A stretch of DNA of 64,000 nt from Squalus acanthias. Taxonomy: Eukaryota. Position 1 is the first letter of the stretch, and the number at the start of each line of letters is the position of its first letter. The stretch covers positions 31,808,001 to 31,872,000 of the forward strand of contig CM059432.1 of assembly GCA_030390025.1 (NCBI GenBank), given 5' to 3'. The position numbers and the translations under genes are program-made. The notes beneath the pieces were generated by a model. The model was not told the DNA's origin, did no database searches, and saw only the letters and a list, made by a program, of their open reading frames with translations. This document shows positions 52,480 to 64,000 of the stretch, piece after piece.

Positions 52480-52830
52480 CCATATGCATGCACACACCCA
52501 CCCTCACAGGAAAACATCTGACACACCACCACACAGATGTGTGCATATACACTCCCGCAGGCAGATGCATGCACTCTCTCTCTTACACCCTCTCTCTCTC
52601 TCTCTTTCTCTCGCATGCTCTTTTCTTTTTCTTTTTTTTTCTTGCACTCTCACACTCTCTCTCTGGCACACATCTCAGTCCCCCCCCCCCCCCCCCCCCC
52701 CAAAACAGCTAAACATGCATGTGCACACTAACCCTCACCTCAACAAAGACACACGCACACCCAATCTCCTGCAAGCATGAAAATCTACTCCCACAAGCAT
52801 GTGTGCACGCAACTTAATCCAGGTACACAT
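52480..52830. repeat. CA/CT/poly-C low-complexity tract
   Basis: (CA)n, (CT)n and a C-run at about 52680-52701. Confidence 0.8.
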
Positions 52831-54894
52831 ACAATAACCCCTCTGGCGATTGAAATGCATTCCATTTCAGGCACCCAGTGTCGGTGTGAAACACTCCTAG
52901 GTCAATTATAGCATGGGGAAGAATACAGAGTAAAGCTCCCCCTAGTCTGCCCTAATAATGTGCCTCAATTTCAAACTTGGAAGACTGCTCCCTACTGCAC
53001 CCTCATTTTCCATTTCCGACAACAGCCAACCTGTTGCCTCTCTGTGCGAGATACCTTATTTAATGTAATCTCATTCAGAGTGAAATTATTGTCCCAAAAT
53101 CTGCAGTCATGCCAGTGTATTCCAGCAGCAATGGTGGAAGTCTGCTGTAATAGCCAGAAATTGGGTAGATATAGTTTTAAACGTTTAATGCGTTGGCTTT
53201 CGTTAAATGAGCAGGCTTGCTATTTTCATCCTTTTCAAAACTCCATTGATGAGATGAAATGATACAGACGGTGTGTGGTTTATGAGAAGGGAAGACTGGC
53301 CGCCGCCTTATTCCAAGTTTCTTTATGTTCTTATGAAAAGTAACCATAAATAACAGTTTATTTTTAATCCATTATTAATATTTGTGTTTAAACACAGTAG
53401 TAATGATGTCTGAGAGGGGGACAATTACTGTAGTGGAGCTATGGAGCCCAGATGAAAGAGCCGAATTAACGGAGTTGGAATAAGAAAGCAGGATTAAAGC
53501 AGTGTGCTTCATCTTTCTGATATCAAAATAAATCTTGTGAATACATAGCCAGTCCTTCAGCATCTGAAACAGAAAAGATCTTCAATGAAATATTAACCTG
53601 TGTTTCCTCTTTTCAGATACTGACTGGATCTGTTTTGTTTCTCCAGTATTTTCTATTTTCATTCTGGGTTTCTAGCATTCATGGGGTTTCTGCTCCCTCT
53701 CTCATGCAATGTGACTCATTGCTACACCCTCAGGGTCTGTTACTTGTCCTAACTACTTCCCTCATCCCTCAAGAGGCTGTGGATGCTGGGTCAATTGAAA
53801 TTTTCAAGGCTGAGATCGTTATCCTTTGATCGCCTTACGTTACAAAAATACATGTAGCAAAGGCGGGTAAATGGAGTTGAGCTACAGATCAGCCATGATC
53901 TAACGGAATTTCAGAACAGGTTCGAGGGATTGAATGGCCTGCTCTTGTTCCTATGTAAGGAGTTACAAAGTTTTGAGGTACTGAAAAGAATATGTTAGGC
54001 AATGCAGAGTCTCTTGATTTCAAAAATGAGCATTTAGGGAGGAGTAAATGTATTTCGGATGGTGTATTCACAAAGGCTGCAGCAAGAAAGGAAAACTCAG
54101 AAGCTATGACCACAGTAGTGATTAATCATACGAAATTATCCCTGGGCAGGAGAAGCTGGACTTCATGTAAATGTTTGGCCAATTCAGGGATGTATAAATT
54201 AGCAGCAATACTTAATTTTAAGCACTTTATCCAGTTAAATGTAGTCAAATTCATCCTAAATCAGCTTGTTGGCAGTCACAGCAGATTTTCCAGGGTTGCA
54301 TTTTGTATTAATTCCAGCATAAGTCAGCCATTCCTCAAGGATAGGCTTTAGTTCAGTGCCCAATTTGAGACATAACCCATTATAAACTGGCAGTTGACAT
54401 GCAATCCAAATTCCTCACCAACAAACACTGCCTTCCTCCCTGCTCTCTCTGTAATGTCAACTCTCAAAAAAATTGTACATGTAGAGTGTGCATGGTACAT
54501 TACATTAAAACACTGTAGGTTAGCTCAGCACTGTAAATAGGTAGCCATACTTAATCAGTTGGAATAGATTTGATTACCGAATGTGAATTATGGAGTGTAA
54601 ATCAAACATTGGAGCCTCAGACTAGTCTTTCCTGATGTTTATGATCGGGACAAATTTTAGTTTTATTGCTTGGAAGTTTTGTGTTTCTCCTGGTGTTTTT
54701 GGAAGATTTAGAACAGCGCGCAGGAGAGATTTCTTTACACAGCGAGTTGAGACTGTGGTATACACAAGGTTAGTAGTTGAGACACAAACTGTCAGCATTC
54801 AAGATTAGGTTGGATTGGTGGATGAAGGAAAAGTAGAAGGGATATGAAAACAGGATGAGTAAACACCAACAAGGATTAGGTGGGTGGATTTAAA

Positions 54895-55230
54895 AAAAAA
54901 TTCATTCAGGCGATGTGGACGTCGCTGGCAAGGCCAGCATTTATTGCCCATCCCTAATTGCCCTCGAGAAGGTGATGGTGAGCCGTCTTCTTGAACCGCT
55001 GCAGTCCATGTGGTGAAGGTACTCAGACAGTGCTGTTAGGTAGTGTTCCAGGATTTTGACCTAGCAACAATGAAGGAACAGCGACATATTTCCAAGTCAG
55101 GATGGTGTGTGACTTGGAGGGAAACTTCGAGATGTTCCCATGCACCTGCTGCCCTTGTCCTTTTAGGTGATAGAGGTTGCGGGTTTGGGAGGTGCTGGCG
55201 AAGAAGCCTTGACTAGTTGCTGCAGTGGAT
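54895..55230 (-). mobile_element. LINE family B 3' end
   Basis: gatgtggacgtcgctggcaaggccagcatttattgcccatccc tail; a shorter copy lies at about 60215-60342. Confidence 0.78.
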
Positions 55231-58200
55231 CTTGTAACAGCCATGGTGCCTATTTCCGTGTTGTAATTTCTATGTAAAACCGTCATGTTAAATACTGGGT
55301 GTAGTGCCAGACTGTAGAACAGTAGGGAAGTATATTTAAAGTACGTTCCCATTCTCGTATAAGTTTTTTTTTAACTGTTTGGTTTGAGATATTTCTACTT
55401 CCTCCTTCCATGATTGTAGAGGTGTGACCTTTATGATGATGAAACAATGGCTTGCTGCCCAATGGATAAACCATTTGACTGGGTTTTATAGTACTAGGTA
55501 GGTAGAATAAACCATCTACAAGTTGGTGCCACATACAGGCATTTTGTTTTATTATGGATGCATTTACCTAAATAACATCTTGGTGTTTGGCAACATTTCA
55601 AATTCTGCTGAGCTCTAGATTATTGTGCACTCAGCACCTAATGTGGCTGTTTTGGAATACACAGAGCAACAGATGCTGGGGGAGACGTGTTTGAGTATCG
55701 GTGTTACCATGAACCTTAAGAGTTGGCGGGTAAGATCCTCCACTCACTGAGTTCCCACTCTGAGCCAAAGAGTTGTATGAAAGACAGGCATTTTTCCACA
55801 GGTGAGAAGAGACACCCTGAGCTGCTCAAGTCGCTCTTGCAACAGCTGGTTACAAAGCAGCACTGGCCAGACCCTGCTGTGGCTGGAGATGATGCTCTGC
55901 GATAAGAGATTTGGAAGTAATTCTTTTAACCTCACAGACTAGAACAGTGTGTAGATTGGATTCCTGTTGACCTGTCATTGGTTAAGGCATATTTAAGAAG
56001 ATGGTAGACTCTGTAATGAGCAGATGGTAGGGCTAGTATTCTAGAAGGTCAAATGGGTTGGAGTTATCTTCGCCTGCACCTCTTTTGTGAATTCCTTCAA
56101 AAAGCAGCTGAATGAATATATAATTAAGACTGGGAATGCAGATTGTAACGGTAGATAGATGACATTGTACTGTCTGAACACTGGCTCCTGTGTTCTTGGG
56201 ACTTTGGATTTTCAGTCCTACTCTGGAAGCATCCTTGAGAGTCATTGTGATTATCTATAATTGGGAAGAAATTTCAGTTTTATCCTCTTAGAATTTTTGC
56301 CTGTGGTTATTTGCCATTATCCAGAACTTAAGTTGGGAGAGTCTTCAGTGTTGCAGATTGTGTGTGGTCTGTGGCTATTTTGCCATACCAAGTTTCCTTA
56401 TCTTTGTATGAAGAATGACTAATAGCTGGAACTGAAGGTTTAAAAAGAGGTTTTCTTGGAGAAATCCAAGATTTGCAAAGGAGCCAAAATTTGAATTGTA
56501 CCTCCCAGTTGTACAGAGCATTGGTAACCGTCGCGATTCACTTGCAGGTCTCACAATTTTCAGAAGTTTTTTTTTAAGATTCATTCTAGAAATTTTTAAT
56601 TTTAAACCTGTTTAAATTTCCTGTGTGACCTGTGAGCATTAGAATTAAATCACAGTACTCATGAATGTTGGGCACACTTAAATCATGCACTTAATCTTTA
56701 CAATTGCATAGATTTTTGAAATGTGCACTGTTACCAGTCAACACTCATGCCAGGCAACATCCTGATTGAGGTGTGGTCAATGTATTCATCTGGCCAATCT
56801 CTACATATAGCACTTAAACTGTAACTCTGAGATTAACAGTCTATTCAATTCCCTCCCTATGAGAAATTGCTTTGCCTTCTTGGTCTTGTTGAGTTCAGGT
56901 ATTTGTTGTGTGTAAGATTACAGATGCAGACTTGTATACAGCTGTTCTGCAGTGCAAGGTGTTAATATAACACTGTATTGCTGTCCTATCTATGAGAATA
57001 GACTTCACAGTAGGGTGTGAAATTTCACTTCCCTCATTTATGCTAGGTGTCCATTTTTGCTCTTTTCTGTAAAGCACCTTGGAATGTCTTTTTCTACATT
57101 TAAAGGTGTTAAAATAATGCAAAATTGTTTCCTATTTCAAATACCAACTGACCTACTGGGTATTTGCAGCATTTTCTGTTTTTTTAATTTCATTTTTCCA
57201 GTATTTGTCATTGCAGATTAGGCACTGTGCTGCTTACTCATGGAGAGATAGAACCTGTAATTCCCAAATGAGATTGATTTTTATGCCGTGGTCATCCAGT
57301 GAGGAAGTGGCAATTTCTTACATCGGTATGATTTGAATTAGATCAAAAATGTCTCCCTTCAAAGATGTTCTTAAAGATTAATCATGATCTAACCTTTTCA
57401 TAATGGCACAAACGCATTGCTGACAGTCTTCAAAGAACAATCTGAAATCACTATAAGGGACGAAGTCAACTTTTCCCATCTTTGGTCTACCTCTTGTATT
57501 ATTTCTGAACATAAGCACTGCCACTCAGCTATAAAAAAAAATTGTTCCTAGTTCTATATAAAGAACTGCACTGACACTGAGCTGCGATTTCATACAATTT
57601 AATTAAATGTCAGGCCTCCCAGTGCAGCTGTACATATCGCACACCATTGTGATGGGTTCTGTATGCATGAGACTATTGGCTAGATAGAATGGTAAATTAA
57701 CCAGACTGTTACAGTAACGAGCAACTAAAGGTGGACTTCTTATATTTAAAAAAAAATCAATTATTTTCTATCTCATTTCCTGCCTTTACTTTCCACAGAG
57801 GAAAGCTGCAATTTGGATACACCTTTATTGTACAGTAGTAGAACTAACAAGAAAAACTGCAAATGCTAGAAACATGACTTAAAACTGAAAATGCTAGTAC
57901 TACTTAACGGGTCAGTCAGCATCCGAAAGAAAAGCTTAAAATTTCAAGCTTGGCCCATCAGAGTTGGTGATGGGTCCTACATGGAATCTTAGCTTGTCTT
58001 TTTGCTTTCAAATGCTGACAGGCCATCATTATCTGTTTCATCTGCATTATCACTGGATTCATAAATTGATTTAAAAACAACACAAAACCAAATTTCTTTA
58101 CTTTTTTTGAAATCCAAAAATTAATCGCAAAATTTTGAATAGGGGAGACCTCTCGAGAGGTAAGATGATGAAAGAGGGAAATAAATATATATTTTGTGAT

Positions 58201-58825
58201 TTTTTTTTTCATTTCCCCCCCCCCCTTCTATCAAAGAAGGTAAGATTCATTGGCGCTTGTAGAAGTTACACATGAAGTAGCCTTCAGAAGTCTTTAATTT
58301 CTTGACCAGATAAAATGCATTCAAGAATACTTAAGGAAATAGGGTAAGAAGTAGTAAGACATCTTTCACAGCTCATTAAATAGAGGAGAAGATTGCAAAA
58401 TGTTCCAGTTTTAGTAACGGATCAAATGTGATCCTGGAGCATTTATAAGCTGTTTATTAGATTTCTCCAGTAGGAAAACATTGCAGTCTATTAAGAAAAA
58501 GAGAATTTACATTTATATTGCACCTCTCATGACCTCGGGGTCCCAGAGTGCTTCACAGCCAATAAATTACTTTTGAAGTGTAGTCACTATTGTTTTGTAG
58601 ACGAACATAACAGTCTATTAAAATGTAAGAAATGTATGCCTAACCAATTTATTGGAATTCTTTCGGGGCTGTAACTGAATTGGTGGATAAATCTGATGTG
58701 GTGAATATTAGATATTCAGGACTTTTGGTAGGAGTTTGGTAAAGAAAGACTTGCATTTATATAGCGCCTTTCACGACCACCAGACGTCCCAAAGCACTTT
58801 ACTTCAAAAGTACTTCATTGTCTGT

Positions 58826-58925
58826 AAAAACAGAAAATGCTGGAAATACTCAGCAGGTCAGGCAGCATCTGTGGAGAGAAAAACAGAGTTAGCGATTCAG
58901 GTCAATGACCTTTCATCAGAACCGT
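58826..58925 (-). mobile_element. Solo PLE terminal-repeat fragment with mutated hammerhead
   Basis: Reverse complement reads GGTT CTGATGA A AGGTC-ATT-GACCT GAAT CGCT AACT, followed by the same tail as 28530-28585. Confidence 0.75.
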
Positions 58926-59594
58926 TCCAATGACAAGATAATTTGTGTTTTTGTTATCTTGATTGAGGGATAAATATTGGCCAGGACCTGATTGGAAGAT
59001 CAGGTTAAAGTGAAAGCTCTAGGAATGAAAGAGGAAGTGTCAAATTGAGCAATAAATCAATGATGGGAAGCAAAGGGTAAAGGTGGATGGATGGAAGCTC
59101 AGTGTGCAAATGCGTCTGTGCAAATGTGTCTGGCAGAGTACAAGGGTTCAGTTATGGACTCTCTGTTCCTAATATGGTAAATTAGGCAGACTATTAAAGT
59201 AATAAGCAAATGAAGATGGACTTTGAAGTAAAATAAAAAATCAATTGTTTTACATCACATTTCCTTCTCTTAACCACCACGTGCCCCCCCACCCCCCAAA
59301 CATCTGACCACTTCCTTATATCTGACACCATCCACTCATTCTCCCCCACCCCCTTCCAAGGTCACCTTTCTTTTGCATCCTTCCTGGAAAAAAAACCTTT
59401 CCGGCTCTCCTCTTTCTCTCCCCCCCCCCCCCCCCCAAAACTATTTAGCCTTTGGCCTTTCATTTGCCACAGTACTTTTGCAGCTGTTGATCTGCTCAGC
59501 CATTCCATGGCCTCCACCTTTGATGGCCGTGTCCCCAGTAAGTCCCTTTACTCTCTCCGACTGGTTTTCTCCCTGATATGGCCCCCCTCTTCAC

Positions 59595-59900
59595 TCCCCA
59601 ATTTGCACACAGCAAAGTTCCACAAACAGCAATGAAATAAATGACCAGATAATTTGTTTTTAGGTTGAGAGATAAATGTTGGCCAGGACACCGGGAAGAA
59701 CTCGCCTGCTCTTCGATTTGTGCGATGGGATCTTTTGCATCCACCTGAGTCGGTTTAACATCTCATCTGAAAGACAGCACCTCCAACAGTGTAGCACTAG
59801 TGCACTGAAGTGCCAGGCTAGATCATGTACTCAGGTTCAAGCCCCACTCTAGAGACTTATGACCTTCTGACTCAGGTGAGAGTGCTACCACTGAGCCAGG
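59595..59900 (-). mobile_element. Deu-domain SINE
   Basis: ggtttaacatctcatctgaaagacagcacctcc...gagagtgctaccactgagcca. Confidence 0.75.
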
Positions 59901-60774
59901 GCGCATAGAGTATTGTGCTCAGGTGATCTTTCCGCATTGGAAGACATTTTAAAGAATGTAAGAATTTTGAAGGACAAGCAGCAAAATAATTCAGAGGTCA
60001 ACAATGGTGCTTTTTAGATTATTGAGTTCTGAAGAAAAGCCAACAAAGTTATTCCCATTAGAAGAATGGTGGTTAAGGAGGAAGAATGTGATTAACTTTA
60101 TTAATTTTAATAAAACATACACATTTTACGAAAATAGGGAAAGGCTTTGAGGCTCAATCACTGTTCCTGGCAAACCATTCCATATAAAGTTTATTGAGGC
60201 CAGGACATCACTTTTTTTTATTAGTTCATGGGATGTAGGCGTCTCTGGCAAGGCCAGCATTTATTGCCCATCCCTAGTTGCCCTTGAGAAGGCGGTGGTG
60301 AGCCACCTTGAACCGCTGCAGTCCATGTGGTGCAGGTACTCTTAAGAAATAACTAGTTTCTGTAATAGAAAGACAGTGGAGTAGGAGCTCTGGAGAGATG
60401 TGATCTAGTGGGCTGCAGAGCCACCTTCATTTAACTTCTCTCTTCCTTTCATCTCAACATCACTTGACTGCCTTCTCGCTATTCCCTCAATCAAATAACA
60501 ATGAAGAGAGTAGTATTAGGTGGATGTGGGAAGATAATTTGCACAAAACCATGACATAAACTGAGCCTGTTATGAGCTGGACTTGGCAACCGGAATATTT
60601 CATGCTTAGAGTCAACAGGCTTACGGAATAGAGTGCAGTAAAAACTGATTCCGTTGTGGCGTTCAAAAAAGAAGATTGATTCCTGATGTGGCATAAAAGG
60701 AGAGGTTGGGGTGGATAAGCTGAATGGCATTTTCTCATTCCTACATTCTGGTCGTCTTTTCAAAATGACCGCCT

Positions 60775-61205
60775 TGACTCAGTGCTAACACACTTGCCTC
60801 TGAGTCAGAAGGTTGTGGGTTCAAGCTCAACTCCAGAGACTTGAGCACAAAATCTAGGCTGACACTCCAGTGCAGTACTGTTTGATGTGCCGTCTTTCAG
60901 ATGAGATCTTAAATTGATGTCCCATCTACTCAGGTGAACAAAAAAGATCCCACAGCATTGTTTGAAGAAAACTAGGCGAATTCTCCTGGTGTTCTAACTA
61001 ACATTTATCCTTTATCCAATAACACTTGAAAGAAAAAGCAGTTTTCAGATCATTTATTGCATTACTGTTTGTGAAACCTTGTGCACAAATTGGCTGCTGC
61101 ATTTCCCTACAATACAGCAGAGAGTACACTTCAAAAGTACCTAATTGTCTGTCTGTGAAGCATGTTGGGACGTGCTGTAAAGTGTTGTATAAATGCAAGT
61201 TATTT
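60775..61205 (+). mobile_element. Deu-domain SINE
   Basis: gggttcaagc B-box, ctaggctgacactccagtgcagtactg...gtgccgtctttcagatgaga core, tataaatgcaagtt tail. Confidence 0.78.
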
Positions 61206-63104
61206 ATTTTGCTCTGTCTTTGTCTTTTTTTCACCTCTCCCTCACTTCACTCCACCAAAAAATACAAGAACTCATTGTGTAAACGAGCACAACAACGTGA
61301 CATCCCTCATGGGACTCCATGAGGGATGTCACGTTGTTGTGCTTATTTTCAAGTGTGCTTACTTGATCCAGTTTAACCAGTTGACCAAAGAAGCACTTAG
61401 CTGGAATGCGGATCTTGGCATAACCTGTTAAAAGAAATCTATTCGAAGTTCAAATATAAAATGCTTCTTGATTGCTTGTGTTTATATAATAACCAGCAAG
61501 TGGAGTATTAACCAAACACATCCAGCCTCGTTCATCCTTGTTTTTCTGCACAACAGGTCGCAACATTCCAAAATAAATTAATTGTGTGAAGTGCATTGGC
61601 GTGATAAAGGGCCGTATTAATGCTAATATTTATTTCACAAGCTGATAGTTTCTTGTAAAATATCCTAATATTATTTTGAAAACCCTTCAGGTGCCACAGA
61701 CTAGAATTAATTTTGGCAGCGCTAGCTCTACTGAATAGCAGGAAAAACTAATTTGTGGGTTTAAAAAAAAAAAGACTTAATACATTTGATCTGGTAATTT
61801 CAGTGATGCTATAGGGTTAATATTCCATTGGTTGGGGGAAAAACACTGTCTTTTGTGCAGTTAGAGACCAGTATTTGTCGCCACTGCAGATTAGGTAATG
61901 GAAGGCAGAATCATGAGGGGAAAATAGATAAGTGGAGCATCTAAACGCAAGATATAGAAAAGTATAAAAGTAAGAATCGGAGAGTAAACATGGACAAGTG
62001 AAGAAGATGAAGAGCAGAAGTACCATGTTTTAACTGTGAAAGATTACTTGTATTGTTTGGATGTGGAATCAGAGCAAGAGTTGACAGATGAGTGAAGATG
62101 GTTATGCATTTTTGTGTAGAAGAAATGAGTCCAAAACAAGAGCACTGGTTGGATTGTATTAAGATTGTTATTGGGGCCAGCCAAACTCAATTTAATGAAA
62201 GAGCTACATCTTTCCTCTGACAGAAAGGGTTGGCTCAATTATGGCAAATGCATTGATCTGAGAGCAGTGTGCCAACTGCCTTAATTGGTGCGGAGCCATT
62301 GAAAGAAGCTATATGCAGCAGTCGTTCACCCCTACAATGCTTGAACTATTTAAGTCAATTTTATTGACTTGATCACTTCCCAATCATTACTAGGGTTGTG
62401 ATTTTCAATTTAACATTCTGAACTCCAAGGATTTCCAGGCAGTTGGTTTGACCCGGTGGAAATATTTTTTAATGACAAAAGATAAATTTTGCAAGGCTCC
62501 TGATAGTCTTGCTGGACAGGAGTACAGGTTGGATAGTTGGGTGCAAATAGCAGTGTGCTTGATTGCCATTTTCTAAAATATCCTGCCATAAATTTAATGA
62601 CTGGGAAATCTGAACTGCTGCGAATTGGGCACATTGATTTCTACACCTGTCTACAATCCCGTTGCCATTGAGTGAAACTGTGCCGGAAGCCGAGCCTTAC
62701 AGAATTTACCCTATAGTTCCAGTGGGGTGTGTCCTTTGGAGATTGGCACAGGTTGCTCATCTACATTTTCAGTCTCCTCAGTAAACGATATATGACCACA
62801 TAGATGCAAACTCTTGCAGGCTAAAACTAACTAGTATTTATTTACAATTAAGGAGTAAGAGAGTAATATGAGCTTGAATTAAGCTTGGGCCAATACAGAG
62901 CTCAACGATTAATGAAAAATGACCATTACAGGAATGAAAAGAATCAGTTTATACATTCTATCAGCTCTGCCACTGCATCACTTTTTTTGTAGGTTTTAAA
63001 CACAATCCATCAAATGCCTAAACATTTCTAGTTTCTTGGTAGATACCTACTTTAGGAACTTTGCCAGGTCTCTCCAGTGACCTTCCTCTCTCAAACAGCA
63101 AGGT

Positions 63105-64000
63105 AGAATCATAGAATGATACAGCACAGAAGGAGGCCACTCGGCCCATCGTGCCTATGCTGGCTCTTTGGTAGAGCTATGCAATTAGTCCCACTCCCCT
63201 GCTCTTTCCCCATAGCCCTGTAAATTTTACCCTTCAAGTATTTATCCAATTTCTATTTGGAAGTTACTATTGAACCTGCTTCCACCACCCTTTCAGGCAT
63301 CCCAGATCACAACTTGCTGTGTAATTTTTAAAAAAAAGTTACCTCGTGTCTTCTCTGGTTCTTTTGCCAATCACCTTAAATCTGTGTCCTCTGGCTACTG
63401 GCCCTTCTGCCACTGGAAACAGTTTCTCCTTACCAACCGTTCATCATTTTGAACACCTCTATCAAATCTCCTCTTGATGCGGAGATGCCGGTGTTGGACT
63501 GGGGTGGACAAAAGTGAGAAGTCGCACACCAGGTTATAGTCCAAATCTCCTCTTAACCTTCTCTGCTCTAAGGAGAACAACGCCAGTTTCTCCAATCTCT
63601 CCACATAACTGAAGCCTTTCATCCCTGGTACCATTCTAGTAAATCTCTTCTGCACCCTCTTAAGGCCTTGACATTCTTCCTAAAGTGTGGTGCCAAAATT
63701 GAACACAATACTCCAGCTGAGGCTTAACCAGTGTTTTATACAGGCTTGGCATATCTTCCTTACTTTTATACTCTATGCCTCTATTTATAAAGCCCAGGAT
63801 CCCATATCTTTTTTAATAGCCTTCTCAACTTGTCCACCTTCAAAGATTTGTGTACCTACACCTCGGGTCACTCTGTTCCTACACACCCTTTAAAAAGGTA
63901 CCATTTAGTTTATATTGCCTCTTCACATTCTTCCTACCAAAATGTATCACTTCACACTTCTCTGCGTTAATTTTCATCTGCCTTGTGTCTGCCCATTTCA
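63105..64000 (-). mobile_element. CR1 3' fragment, running off the window end
   Basis: tagaatcatagaat tail and minus-strand QKRFTRMVPGMKG...EQRRLRGDL. Confidence 0.88.
63476..63541 (-). mobile_element. 66-bp 3'-terminal fragment of the 32625-34422 PLE family with 13-bp TSD
   Basis: Reverse complement begins ggactataacctggtgt...gacttctca, matching about 34389-34419. CAAATCTCCTCTT is duplicated at 63463-63475 and 63542-63554. Confidence 0.85.

Noticed and set aside
62388..62716. Possible old MITE with tagggtt...accctata ends, and a similar hint near 3490-3615
   Set aside because: The inverted termini are too short and degenerate and there is no clear TSD.
52314..64000. Search for the next OXSR1 exon (DFGVSAFLATGG)
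   Set aside because: No matching sequence with an acceptor was found by eye; it is probably beyond the window.
1..64000. Prokaryotic systems (CRISPR arrays, operons, retrons)
   Set aside because: No regularly spaced repeat-spacer arrays. All RT and nuclease ORFs belong to eukaryotic CR1, L2, RTE or Penelope elements within a spliced gene.

Overview
Vertebrate intronic DNA, most likely from a cartilaginous fish (inferred from the Deu-domain SINE and the CR1/L2/Penelope repeat repertoire). The window lies inside a + strand STE20/GCK-VI kinase gene best matching OXSR1 (OSR1). It holds four internal exons (14168-14280, 37247-37355, 38789-38930, 52258-52313) that splice in frame through GT-AG introns and encode the G-loop through to just before DFG. 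Almost everything else is transposon-derived: one near full-length antisense CR1 LINE, many CR1, L2 and RTE fragments, tRNA-derived SINEs, two Penelope-like (PLE) loci, two ~730-bp Harbinger-type MITEs and small hAT-type MITEs. Most notable: (i) three intact minimal type-I hammerhead ribozyme motifs on the pre-mRNA strand of the 23-kb intron, two of them in tandem and facing an inverted copy; (ii) a MITE family with AWT target-site duplications (one confirmed by an empty site in a local tandem duplication) that conserves hairpins, an E-box-12 bp-CCAAT module and repeated splice-donor consensus motifs; (iii) several small templated insertions and a frame-preserving micro-inversion. I found no unambiguous novel protein-coding system. 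Repeat boundaries are read by eye and are approximate unless a TSD is given.
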